From Coprobacillaceae bacterium (lineage in GTDB: Bacteria > Bacillota_I > Bacilli_A > Erysipelotrichales > Coprobacillaceae): a stretch of DNA of 32,000 bases. A program made the position numbers and the translations under genes. Where the stretch lies: the NCBI GenBank assembly GCA_963675515.1, contig OY776328.1, positions 2,220,001 to 2,252,000 of the forward strand, given 5' to 3'. The number at the start of each line of letters is the position of its first letter. Within the stretch, counting starts at the first letter, position 1. Shown one piece after another: positions 1 through 8,716 of this stretch. The notes below the pieces were generated by a model. The model made no database searches and was not told the origin of the DNA. It was given only the letters and a program-made list of their open reading frames with translations.

Positions 1-774
1 AACCGCAATGTCAGGGTCAGAAGCGGTAATTATGATGAGTGTTGCGACAGCGATATCGTCGTGATCACTGCGGCATTGCCTACAACCGGAGCGGACCGCT
101 TGAAAATGCTCGCAAAAAACATCGACATCACCAGGGAAATCGTAAAAAATGTGATGGCATCCGGCTTTGACGGGATGTTTGTGGTGGTCTCAAATCCAGT
201 GGACATCCTGTCATATGTGGTCTATGAGGAGTCGAAACTGCCCAAGGCCCAGGTTATCGGGAGCGGAACCGCGCTGGAGACAGCCAGGCTGCATATGATC
301 CTGGGAAGTGCGATCAAGGTTGATCCCCGCAGCGTCGAAGCATACGCCATTGGCGAACACGGCAATTCGATGCTGATTCCCTGGAACAGCGTCCGCATCG
401 GGGGAAAAGACATCCAGGACATCATGGCTGACAACGCAGAGCTTTTCAGCGGGCTTGACAAAGAGAAACTTCAAAGCATGACAATTCAAGCCGGCTATGA
501 AGTCTTCAACCGGAAAGGGTCGACTCAATACGGAATCGCCTCGACCACCGCGGCGATAATAAAGGCAATCTTGCGGGATGAGAATTGCATAATCACCGTC
601 TCGACTTTGCTCGACGGGGAGTACTCAAACAGCGGCATGTTCGCCGGAGTACCCACAGTCCTGGGAAAAGAGGGGGTTGTCGACCTGGTCAACTTGAAAC
701 TGACCGCCGATGAACAGAAGGACTTTGACAGATCGATCGCACTTTTAAAGGAGACCTACGCAAAGTTCATATAG
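1..774 (+). CDS. L-lactate / L-2-hydroxyacid dehydrogenase family protein, 5' end outside window
   Basis: The frame is open from base 1, so the track start at 61 is internal. LDH/MDH motifs are present: DIVVITA, VVSNPVDIL, IGSGTALETARL, AIGEHGNS (catalytic His) and KGSTQYGIA. The specificity loop is atypical (see findings). Confidence 0.85.
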   Translation, partial: NRNVRVRSGNYDECCDSDIVVITAALPTTGADRLKMLAKNIDITREIVKNVMASGFDGMFVVVSNPVDILSYVVYEESKLPKAQVIGSGTALETARLHMILGSAIKVDPRSVEAYAIGEHGNSMLIPWNSVRIGGKDIQDIMADNAELFSGLDKEKLQSMTIQAGYEVFNRKGSTQYGIASTTAAIIKAILRDENCIITVSTLLDGEYSNSGMFAGVPTVLGKEGVVDLVNLKLTADEQKDFDRSIALLKETYAKFI

Positions 775-798
775 ATCGCAGCTTGCTGCGATTTTTTC
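775..798 (+). terminator. Rho-independent terminator of the ldh-family gene
   Basis: Hairpin atcgcag-cttg-ctgcgat starts right after the stop codon and is followed by tttttt. Confidence 0.6.
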
Positions 799-860
799 TT
801 ATCCGACAATTCCAGTGCCATCAAGGTCAAGACCGTTGTCATGAAAATATTCTACAATCA

Positions 861-886
861 AAAAAAAAAGAGCTTGCGCTCTTTTT
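861..886 (-). terminator. Bidirectional hairpin terminator at the convergent junction
   Basis: aaaaaaaaagagc-ttgc-gctcttttt is flanked by an A-run and a T-run. On the minus strand it follows the stop of the 71-aa ORF and ends in a long T-run. Confidence 0.6.
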
Positions 887-1100
887 ACAGATATAATGCT
901 TCTTCGTTCTTTACAGTCTGACCATCTTTGAAAGTGGCCACATAATAAACCGCCGCCATCTCAGGTTTGAAATAGATTTCCAAAGATTCCATCTTAGTGA
1001 CTTTGTACCCTTGTTCCTTCAATTCTTCCCTTACTGCTTTTTCAATCTCTTTTACTTCGCTGTTTTTCTCATTGAATTGGACGTTGATTGTTGTTGTCAT
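885..1100 (-). CDS. Hypothetical small protein (71 aa), function unknown
   Basis: ATG is preceded by the SD ccAGGAGGGatattt. The ORF has its own terminator and a plausible promoter. The protein is charged and non-membrane, and I recognise no family. Confidence 0.6.
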   Translation of the reverse strand: MTTTINVQFNEKNSEVKEIEKAVREELKEQGYKVTKMESLEIYFKPEMAAVYYVATFKDGQTVKNEEALYL

Positions 1101-1134
1101 AAATATCCCTCCTGGTATTTTAATTCATAATGAA

Positions 1135-1163
1135 AATATAACACAGTTATAAAAAGTATACAA
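1135..1163 (-). promoter_or_regulatory. Candidate sigmaA promoter for the 71-aa ORF
   Basis: Minus strand reads TTGTAT-17 nt-TATATT with a TGt extended -10, about 35 nt upstream of the ATG. Confidence 0.35.
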
Positions 1164-1484
1164 ATAAATTTAAAAAGTTTCTTTAAAAATTCTTAAATTG
1201 GTAAAAAAACACGATAAATACATGTGATATTTATAAATTATATCAAAAATTTCACCAGTGTTTTAAGAATCAAATTAAAGCAATATGTGAATATACAGTG
1301 TTTTCAATTATAATGATGCACAATTTTTATAACTCATATAAACTTTTTTGTGGAGTTATTTATGTTTTTTAAGAAAACATAAAAAGTTTTTTGAACTTTT
1401 CGCAAAAATTTTTTAAAGTGTGGCAAAACTTTAATAAATTAAGTGGCCGTCCCTGCATCCACAACATTCAAATCGGCAAAAAAG

Positions 1485-1516
1485 CAAAAAAAGATGGGAG
1501 CAGATATGCTTCCATC
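1485..1516 (-). terminator. Rho-independent terminator of typA
   Basis: Minus strand has GATGGAAGC-atatct-GCTCCCATC (one mismatch) followed by ttttttt, about 10 nt after the typA stop. Confidence 0.6.
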
Positions 1517-1526
1517 TCAGTTTTTC

Positions 1527-3344
1527 TTATTGGAATTTTCCACGCGCATGTTGCTTTCTCAACTGTTCAGTCAAGTAGCGTTTTCTCAGGCGGATATTTT
1601 CTGGAGTAACCTCAACCAATTCGTCATCGTTGATGTAATCCAGGCAGGCTTCCAGGTTGAACTGGCGTGGCTTTTTCAATACGACAGTAGAGTCCTTCGA
1701 AGAAGAACGGGTATTGGTAAGCTGTTTACCTTTTGTGACATTGACAACCAGGTCATTGTCACGTGAATGTTCACCGATGATCATACCTTCGTAAACCTCA
1801 ACTCCAGGGCCTACGAACATAACCCCACGTGATTCAACTGAACCCAGGGCATATGCGGTGGTCTGACCGTTGTCGATCGAAACAAGGACACCAAGCTGGC
1901 GTTCACCAACGGTTTCCCCTTCCATTTCGCGGTATTCCAGGAATGAATGAGAAATGATTCCGTATCCTTTTGTCATTGTCAGGAAGTTGGTCATGAAACC
2001 GATCATCCCGCGTGAAGGAATTGTGTAGGTAACCGAAGTAAGTCCTTCGTTTGTTCCCATGTTTTCCAGTATCCCACGACGCAATCCCAGTGACTCGATT
2101 ACCGAACCGATAGTGTCATCAGGTGCTTCGATATTTACTTCCTCGTAAGGCTCGCACATGACACCATCGATTTCCTTGATGATTACTTTAGGTTTTGAAA
2201 CCTGAAGTTCATAACCTTCACGGCGCATGTTTTCAATCAGGATCGACAAGTGAAGCTCACCGCGGCCTGAAACGATCCATTCCTCGGCGTTTTGAATTCT
2301 TTCGATCTTCAGTGAAACATCCTTGTTTGTCTCTCTGAAAAGGCGTTCTTCGATCTGGCGGGCAGTTACGAATTTACCTTCCTTACCGGCAAATGGTGAT
2401 GTGTTCGTACCGAATACCATCTGGATGGTCGGTTCGTCGATATGGAGCAATGGCAACGCTTCTTCTTTGCCGATGGTACATACTGTTTCACCGACTCCGA
2501 TATCTTCAAGACCGGCAATCGCCACGATATCTCCGGCTGAAGCTGACTCGATTTCGATCCGGTTCAATCCCAGGAAACCATAAAGTTTCTGGATTCTGAA
2601 TTGGACCTTGCTGCCATCGGCGCGCACGCATGACACCATGTCATTGACCTTCATCGAACCGCGTTGGATCCGTCCGATTCCGATCCGGCCAACGAAGTTA
2701 TTATAGTCCAGTAAAGCCGGTTGGAATTGCAGAGGTCCTTCTTCATCGACCAAAGGTTCCGGGATTTCAGAAAGAATCAGATCAAGAATCGGATCCATTG
2801 AATCCTGTTGGCTGTTGATGTCATCAGACATCGAAGATGTCCCTTGCAAAGCTGAAGCGTAGACAGTCGGGAATTCCAACTGGTCGTCATCCGCACCCAG
2901 TTCCATGAACAACTCAAGAATTTCATCCATTACTTCCTTGATGCGCACAACCGGACGGTCAACCTTGTTGACAACGACGATCGGTTTCACTTTGGCAGCC
3001 AGCGCTTTTTTCAATACGAAACGGGTTTGGGGCATTGTCCCTTCATAGGCGTCTACGACAAGCAATACTCCGTCAACCATGTTCATGATCCGTTCAACTT
3101 CCCCGCCGAAATCGGCATGGCCTGGGGTATCCATGATGTTGATGCGGTTTCCTTTGTAGTTGATGGCTGTTGTCTTAGCCAGGATGGTGATACCGCGTTC
3201 ACGTTCGATATCGTTCGAATCCATCGCTCTTTCTGCTACTTGTTCATTATCGCGAAAAGTTCCTGATTGCTTCAGCAACTGATCGACTAAGGTGGTTTTC
3301 CCATGATCGACATGGGCAATGATTGCAATATTTCTAATATTCAT
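1527..3344 (-). CDS. typA: Translational GTPase TypA/BipA
   Basis: 605 aa. N-terminus is [21 protein letters not shown], with [14 protein letters not shown] and NKVDR G-motifs and EF-G-like domain order. SD GAGGAG lies upstream of the ATG. Confidence 0.95.
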   Translation of the reverse strand: MNIRNIAIIAHVDHGKTTLVDQLLKQSGTFRDNEQVAERAMDSNDIERERGITILAKTTAINYKGNRINIMDTPGHADFGGEVERIMNMVDGVLLVVDAYEGTMPQTRFVLKKALAAKVKPIVVVNKVDRPVVRIKEVMDEILELFMELGADDDQLEFPTVYASALQGTSSMSDDINSQQDSMDPILDLILSEIPEPLVDEEGPLQFQPALLDYNNFVGRIGIGRIQRGSMKVNDMVSCVRADGSKVQFRIQKLYGFLGLNRIEIESASAGDIVAIAGLEDIGVGETVCTIGKEEALPLLHIDEPTIQMVFGTNTSPFAGKEGKFVTARQIEERLFRETNKDVSLKIERIQNAEEWIVSGRGELHLSILIENMRREGYELQVSKPKVIIKEIDGVMCEPYEEVNIEAPDDTIGSVIESLGLRRGILENMGTNEGLTSVTYTIPSRGMIGFMTNFLTMTKGYGIISHSFLEYREMEGETVGERQLGVLVSIDNGQTTAYALGSVESRGVMFVGPGVEVYEGMIIGEHSRDNDLVVNVTKGKQLTNTRSSSKDSTVVLKKPRQFNLEACLDYINDDELVEVTPENIRLRKRYLTEQLRKQHARGKFQ

Positions 3345-3368
3345 AATAATCTCCTCATTAACCTAGAT

Positions 3369-3396
3369 ATTATACCATAATTTTATATCGATACAA
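3369..3396 (-). promoter_or_regulatory. Candidate sigmaA promoter of typA
   Basis: Minus strand reads TTGTAT-16 nt-TGgTATAAT (extended -10), about 25 nt upstream of the typA ATG. Confidence 0.55.
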
Positions 3397-3449
3397 ATAA
3401 AAAAACAACGATAGTTTCTACTAAATTCGATATTTCGGATGTAAGCGGT

Positions 3450-3481
3450 ACAAAAAAAAAAGATGAGACAGGCTCATCTTT
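3450..3481 (-). terminator. Rho-independent terminator of the pfkA-pyk operon
   Basis: Hairpin aagatgag-acagg-ctcatctt with a 9-nt T-run on the minus strand, immediately after the pyk stop. Confidence 0.7.
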
Positions 3482-3485
3482 ATTA

Positions 3486-4916
3486 TTAAAGTTCTACGAC
3501 TTCCAGGAATGAAGTGGTTCCTTTTACCCCAGCAGCACCAGCTACCACGATAATTTTATCTCCAGCTTCGAATCCATCTTCTTTAGAGATCACTTTAGCG
3601 TATTCAACTTGAGCTGAACGGTCATTCATCGGCGGGCAAACCATACCTTTGACACCCCAGTTCAAGGCCAATGTACGGGTGATTTCTTCGTGTGGCGTAC
3701 AAGCAAGGATACGGGCTTGTGGACGGTAACGAGAAACACGACGTGCAGTCGATCCTGATTCAGTGTAGACAACGATCGCTTTGATATCGAAACGTGATGC
3801 GATGTCAGATACTGACATGCAGATTGCTTCAGAAGTGCTAAGTTGTGCAGTTTTTACAGCGAATCTTTGCAATGCTGAATAGTTCAATTTTTCTTCAGTT
3901 TTGACAGCGATCTTAGTCATTGTCATAACTGATTCTTCAGGGTATTTACCTTGAGCGGATTCACCTGAAAGCATGATTGCATCAGTTCCGTCATAGATTG
4001 CGTTGGCAACGTCAGATACTTCCGCACGAGTAGGACGTGGGTTTTCTTGCATGCTGTCCAACATTTGTGTTGCAGTGATTACAACTTTACCAGCGGCGCG
4101 ACATTTTTGGATCAGTTCCTTTTGGATTCCTGGAACGTCTTCAGCCGGGATTTCAACACCTAAGTCACCACGGGCAACCATGATACCATCAGCTACTGCG
4201 AGGATTTCATCCATGTTGTCGACACCTTCGCTGTTTTCGATTTTAGCGATGATTTGGATTTCTGGACGACCGTTTTCAATCAACAGTTTTTTAACATCCA
4301 ACACGTCTTGAGCACGACGAGTGAATGATGCCGCGATGAAGTTCACACCTTGTTCACAACCGAATGTGATATCGCCACGGTCTTTGTCGCTCAGGTATTC
4401 GAAACCTAATTTGATACCTGGAACGTTGATTCCACGACGGTTTTTAACAACACCGTCATTGGCGCAGACACAAACGATGTCAGTTCCTTCAACGTGGTCA
4501 ACCAATAATTCAACTTGACCGTCGTTAACCAGGATGAAACCGCCAGGCACTACGTCTTTGTATAATTCTTTATAAGTGATTGTGAAACGATCTGAAGTTC
4601 CTTCGATGTCTTCAGTAGTGATTACAGATGTCTGACCTTTTTTGAATTCAGTCGATCCTCCAACGAAAGCTCCAGTACGGATTTCTGGACCTTTTGTATC
4701 AAGAAGGATTGCCACGTTCTTGTTCAATTCTTTTTGCAACTTGTGCAAAGTAATGATACGACCACCATGCTCTTCGAAATCCCCATGAGAGAAGTTAAGA
4801 CGCATTACATTCATTCCAGCCAGAATCAGCTTGCGCATCATCGCTTCGTTTTCACTTGCAGGTCCGATTGTACAGACAACACGTGTTTTTTTCTTTTGTT
4901 CTTGTTTAAATTCCAT
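3486..4916 (-). CDS. pyk: Pyruvate kinase
   Basis: 476 aa. Motifs TKVVCTIGPAS-like (TRVVCTIGPAS), MNVMRLNFSHG, LLDTKGPEIRTG, MVARGDLGVEIP. SD AAGGTGAGGA is present. The gene is adjacent to pfkA as in Bacillota. Confidence 0.95.
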   Translation of the reverse strand: MEFKQEQKKKTRVVCTIGPASENEAMMRKLILAGMNVMRLNFSHGDFEEHGGRIITLHKLQKELNKNVAILLDTKGPEIRTGAFVGGSTEFKKGQTSVITTEDIEGTSDRFTITYKELYKDVVPGGFILVNDGQVELLVDHVEGTDIVCVCANDGVVKNRRGINVPGIKLGFEYLSDKDRGDITFGCEQGVNFIAASFTRRAQDVLDVKKLLIENGRPEIQIIAKIENSEGVDNMDEILAVADGIMVARGDLGVEIPAEDVPGIQKELIQKCRAAGKVVITATQMLDSMQENPRPTRAEVSDVANAIYDGTDAIMLSGESAQGKYPEESVMTMTKIAVKTEEKLNYSALQRFAVKTAQLSTSEAICMSVSDIASRFDIKAIVVYTESGSTARRVSRYRPQARILACTPHEEITRTLALNWGVKGMVCPPMNDRSAQVEYAKVISKEDGFEAGDKIIVVAGAAGVKGTTSFLEVVEL

Positions 4917-4974
4917 TAGTTTAGTTTCCTCACCTTATCTAAGTTAATTCTCTTCTGATTAATTTTCTGATATA

Positions 4975-5934
4975 TTAACGAAGTTTGATTACGTCTTCGT
5001 AAATACTAAAATCGATTTCGCGGCTGTGTCCCAATACCTGTTCGATTGGCAATCCTACCAACTTACCTTTGACATCGGATACGCAAAGACCGCCTTTTCC
5101 TTCTTCCAACAATTCAACTGCAAGGATACCCATGCGGCTTGCCAAGACACGGTCACGACCTGAAGGACGTCCGCCACGTTGCATATGTCCCAGGACGTTT
5201 GCCCGGGTTTCAAACCCTGTTGCCGCCTCAATATCTTTTGCCAATTGGTTGACATCAGTGATATGTTCGGTAATTACAACAATCGCATGTTTCTTGTCAG
5301 ATCTCTTTGATTGTTTCAATCTCTCGATTACCGCTTCCTTGTCGAAACCAATTTCGCTGGTGATGATGATTTCCGCTCCACAGGCAATCCCTGAATGAAC
5401 CGCCAAATCACCACAACGTCGCCCCATTACTTCCAGGACAGTACATCTTTGATGTGATGAAGATGTGTCGCGAAGTTTGTCCAACGCATCAACAATCGTG
5501 TTCAATGCCGTATCGAACCCGATAGTGAAATCAGTATCCGGGATATCGTTGTCGATAGTTCCTGGAAGACCGATACAGTTAACTCCCATTTCAGTAAGTT
5601 TCAAAGCTCCATTGTAGCTACCGTCGCCACCGATAACAACCAAAGCTTCCATTCCCACTTTTTTCATCTGCTCAATCGCCACTTTACGAATCTCCGGATC
5701 CTTGAATTCCGGGAAACGTGCAGATTTCAAGATAGTTCCACCAAGATTGATGATATTGCGGGTCTCAGAAAGCGAGAATTTCATGAAATCCCCCTCGTAA
5801 AGACCTTTGTACCCTTGACGGACCCCATAAACTTCGATGCCTTTGTTCAAGCAAGTTCTAGCAACAGCTCTTATAGCTGCGTTCATTCCTGGCGCATCGC
5901 CACCAGAAGTTAAAACACCAATGCATTTAACCAT
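4975..5934 (-). CDS. pfkA: ATP-dependent 6-phosphofructokinase
   Basis: 319 aa. Motifs [46 protein letters not shown] and GHMQRGG. SD AAAGGAG is present. Confidence 0.95.
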   Translation of the reverse strand: MVKCIGVLTSGGDAPGMNAAIRAVARTCLNKGIEVYGVRQGYKGLYEGDFMKFSLSETRNIINLGGTILKSARFPEFKDPEIRKVAIEQMKKVGMEALVVIGGDGSYNGALKLTEMGVNCIGLPGTIDNDIPDTDFTIGFDTALNTIVDALDKLRDTSSSHQRCTVLEVMGRRCGDLAVHSGIACGAEIIITSEIGFDKEAVIERLKQSKRSDKKHAIVVITEHITDVNQLAKDIEAATGFETRANVLGHMQRGGRPSGRDRVLASRMGILAVELLEEGKGGLCVSDVKGKLVGLPIEQVLGHSREIDFSIYEDVIKLR

Positions 5935-6026
5935 CTATAAGCTCCTTTTATCTTTTATAACATGAGTAATTGTAGCATACATTGAAAAATATTTAAATAT
6001 AATTCGGGATAAATTATTATTAAAAT

Positions 6027-6041
6027 TGTGATTTAATCACA
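6027..6041. promoter_or_regulatory. Perfect 15-bp palindrome TGTGATTtAATCACA, either a weak dnaI terminator or an operator upstream of pfkA
   Basis: Two 7-bp arms around a single central base. It sits 11 nt after the dnaI stop and about 95 nt upstream of the pfkA ATG. On the minus strand it is followed by ttttaataataattt. Confidence 0.3.
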
Positions 6042-6051
6042 CAAATTTGAA

Positions 6052-6915
6052 TCAGGCATCACAAAGCGCTTTCATTTTTTCGATCAGCGATTTGACCCGA
6101 TATTCGTCCCCTGATCGGATCGTGTAGTATTTGGCCAACTGCTTAAGATCGTATTCCGAAGATATGTAAGTGACAAGATCGTTCTGGAGCCGGTAGGCGA
6201 TGATGCTAAAAAGGATTTCGTCGCGCGACCAGTTGGTCACATACTCGTTGCCCACATCGTCGAGGAAAAGATATTCCACCGTCTTGATGTTGTTGAGCGA
6301 GTCGAGATAGTCGCTCGATGCCATCCGCCCTTTGAGATCGATGATGAAATTCGGGAAGTTGATGAAGCCGATCTTGTGTTCCAGGGCATAGGTGCGGGCA
6401 ATGGATCCTAGAACCAGGAGCTTTTCCTTGGACATCGGAGCCTTGATGAACATCCCGGTGTTCTTCCCGGCGTTGATGTTCTGGTTGAATGCCACATATA
6501 TTTCCTTGAGCTTTTCATGCCTGGAAAGATCGATGTCCTTGGCCCGGGTCAGGATGATCTTCTTGTCGATGTTGGACACGACCACATTCGAAAGTATCCG
6601 ATGCTGCTGCTGGATAATCTTGCCAAACCGGCAGGGAGCCGCAATCAGTTTGATATGGCCATTGGAGTCGGTCTCGATCTGGTAGACGTAGCCCTTTGAT
6701 GCCTTGGGGCAGCTTTCGAGTCCCATGCAGCCAACACAGGGCTTATGGTCCTCATGGTAGTTGATGAACTCGATCCAGTTGTTCTCGATGTCCAATCTTT
6801 CCAGCCGGTATTTTTTCAGGGCATCCTGGATTATTGTCGTCGCCATGAGCTGGGTGATGTTGTTTTGCTTGATCTTTTCGAGATCCTTGATTGCCACTTG
6901 GTTGATTTTTTCCAT
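6052..6915 (-). CDS. dnaI: Primosomal helicase loader DnaI-like (AAA+), with a degenerate Walker A
   Basis: 287 aa. It has an N-terminal Cys-rich Zn module (HKPCVGCMGLESCP...APCRFG) and Walker B YLFLDDVGNE. It sits directly downstream of the DnaB/DnaD-like gene, as in Bacillus. SD AAAGGAG is present. Confidence 0.8.
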   Translation of the reverse strand: MEKINQVAIKDLEKIKQNNITQLMATTIIQDALKKYRLERLDIENNWIEFINYHEDHKPCVGCMGLESCPKASKGYVYQIETDSNGHIKLIAAPCRFGKIIQQQHRILSNVVVSNIDKKIILTRAKDIDLSRHEKLKEIYVAFNQNINAGKNTGMFIKAPMSKEKLLVLGSIARTYALEHKIGFINFPNFIIDLKGRMASSDYLDSLNNIKTVEYLFLDDVGNEYVTNWSRDEILFSIIAYRLQNDLVTYISSEYDLKQLAKYYTIRSGDEYRVKSLIEKMKALCDA

Positions 6916-6926
6916 TTTGTGCTCCT

Positions 6927-8150
6927 TTAGTTGAATGAGTCGAGAATGTCATCGAGGTCGCTCTGGTTGAGCGAAGGCTTGTAGTCCTTGGTCGTACTGT
7001 CGTCTTCGATCTTGATGGTCGAACCGTTCTGGAAGCTGCGGTATTCGCGGGCCTTGGCAATGGCCTGTTCGGCAGTCTCGATCTTGGATCTGCGCCATGA
7101 GGCTCCATGAGTATCCATGAAGGCTTTGACGATCTTGTTGTCGCAGACCATCAGGGTGAATTCGATCAGGACATTCATAACCTCGACGTTTAGCTGCAGT
7201 GAAGTCATCACCGACTCGACCGCCTGCAGGTCCCGCTTGACCGGCTCGACACCGCCCTGGTGGTCCTGGAGTATTTCAAAAGGCGAAGCGGTCTTGAGAT
7301 AGTAGAGATGCTTGTCTTTGACATCGCCTAGTTGCGCCGGGGAAACCGGAGCATAACGGTAGACATTTTCAATCGTCGCCGGCTCGATTAGTTCATAATG
7401 GTTCCTAGCCAATCTTGTTAGCGTCTCGAGGTCGATTGCGTTGGCATCGATGCTCTGGCGCACGATTGAAAGCATCGTCGTTGCGTCGACCTGGTAGAGA
7501 TGGCCTAGCTGGATGATCCGCTCCTTGATCTTCGGGGAAATGATCTTCGCAGGAATCTGGTAGCTTCCAAGCTCCTTTTCAAAGGACTCATAATCCCATT
7601 CGAAGATGCGGTTTTTAGGCTTGTTGATGATCGATTTGGCCTGGGCGACAAACTGCTCGCCCTGTGAGACGATCTCAAAGACATCGCCAAAGCGGGCTGA
7701 GACATCCTGGTAGTCCTTTGACTTGACAATGGGGATCTTGTAGTTTAGAACGGTCTTGGCGTAATCATCCTCCCCCAGCCGCTCCTTCAACAAAGTGTTC
7801 AAAATGCCGTTCTCGAAAAACTTCAGCGGCTCAAGAGGCGGATTGATTTCGAACAGGTAGCGTTCATTATCCTGGTAGAGATAGGTCGATACCAGCTTCA
7901 ATGCCTCCAGTTTTTTCAGGGCGTCATTGAAAGACTTCAATGACAGGCCCGTGATTTTCAGGATCCGGGATACCAGGGAAGTCGATTTGGACAGGCTGAG
8001 CTGCTTGACATCGCTGGCAAGGGTAAGGTATAGACTGACCCCCTCGTGGCCGATCAGGGGCTGGTAGAGCATGTTTAGTGTCTTGACCTGGACGATTTCC
8101 AGGGGATAATTGCACTTTATTCCGTATTGGCTGGATGCTAACAAGTCCAT
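6927..8150 (-). CDS. dnaB: Replication initiation / membrane attachment protein, the Bacillus-type DnaB (DnaD-like family), not the helicase
   Basis: 407 aa. The N-terminus contains LNMLYQPLIGHEGVSLYLTL, typical of this family, and there is a C-terminal DnaD-like domain. It precedes dnaI, and its ATG overlaps the coaE stop (ATGGACTTGTTAG). Confidence 0.8.
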   Translation of the reverse strand: MDLLASSQYGIKCNYPLEIVQVKTLNMLYQPLIGHEGVSLYLTLASDVKQLSLSKSTSLVSRILKITGLSLKSFNDALKKLEALKLVSTYLYQDNERYLFEINPPLEPLKFFENGILNTLLKERLGEDDYAKTVLNYKIPIVKSKDYQDVSARFGDVFEIVSQGEQFVAQAKSIINKPKNRIFEWDYESFEKELGSYQIPAKIISPKIKERIIQLGHLYQVDATTMLSIVRQSIDANAIDLETLTRLARNHYELIEPATIENVYRYAPVSPAQLGDVKDKHLYYLKTASPFEILQDHQGGVEPVKRDLQAVESVMTSLQLNVEVMNVLIEFTLMVCDNKIVKAFMDTHGASWRRSKIETAEQAIAKAREYRSFQNGSTIKIEDDSTTKDYKPSLNQSDLDDILDSFN

Positions 8151-8716
8151 AATTGTTCAATCACCTTCTCCACTTGGTCTTTCAATTCTTCGATTGAGCC
8201 GTTGTTGTCGATCACATAGTCGGCTTTTTTCACCTTCTGCTCCAATGGCATCTGGCTTTTTATTATCTTCTTCGCATATTCTTCATCGATCCCGTCGCGC
8301 TCTTTCAAGCGGTCAATCTGGTTTTTCAAGGACACATCGACAACAACGACCTTGTCGCACAGATATTCGAGATGGACCTCGAAAAGCAGCGGGATATCAA
8401 GAAAAACGAGTTTTTCATCCTGTCTTCCCTGGATGAACTCCTCGATTTTCGCGATAACAAAAGGGTGGATCAATGCTTCAAGGGCCGCCTTGGCCTGAGG
8501 ATCGGAAAAAATTATCCTCCCCAGTTTCTTGCGGTCGATCTTTCCGTCTTCCATGCAATCGAACTCGACAATCACCCGGTCGAAGACCTCCGGGTCGTCC
8601 AGAGCCTGTCTTGCCAGGATGTCGGCGTCGATCAGGGGATAGCCTTTCTCCCTGATCATCTTTGCCACCGTCGATTTGCCCGAGGCGATGCCCCCGGTCA
8701 GTCCGACCCTCAACAT
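8138..8716 (-). CDS. coaE: Dephospho-CoA kinase
   Basis: 192 aa starting MLRVGLTGGIASGKSTV (P-loop). Length and order downstream of polA-mutM match Bacillota synteny. Confidence 0.9.
   Translation of the reverse strand: MLRVGLTGGIASGKSTVAKMIREKGYPLIDADILARQALDDPEVFDRVIVEFDCMEDGKIDRKKLGRIIFSDPQAKAALEALIHPFVIAKIEEFIQGRQDEKLVFLDIPLLFEVHLEYLCDKVVVVDVSLKNQIDRLKERDGIDEEYAKKIIKSQMPLEQKVKKADYVIDNNGSIEELKDQVEKVIEQLWTC

Noticed and set aside
1101-1526. DnaA-box-like 9-mers (tgtggcaaa at 1419-1427, gcatccaca at 1455-1463, tgtggagtt at 1349-1357) suggesting an oriC-like or DnaA-box cluster in the AT-rich spacer.
   Set aside because: There are only two 7/9 matches and one 6/9 match. About one match with two or fewer mismatches is expected by chance in 400 bp on two strands. 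There is no dnaA or dnaN context and no perfect box.
1391-1766. 72-aa and 107-aa plus-strand ORFs starting in the AT-rich spacer and running antisense into the typA 3' end.
   Set aside because: They have no SD, cross the typA terminator, and the majority of each lies antisense to typA.
6752-7108. 118-aa alternative-frame ORF spanning the dnaB/dnaI junction, plus other Arg/Pro/Ser-rich alternative-frame ORFs such as 7505-7729, 7924-8160 and 8473-8655.
   Set aside because: They have low-complexity R/P/S/T composition typical of an off-frame reading of moderately GC-rich coding DNA. They are embedded in genes with clear family matches.
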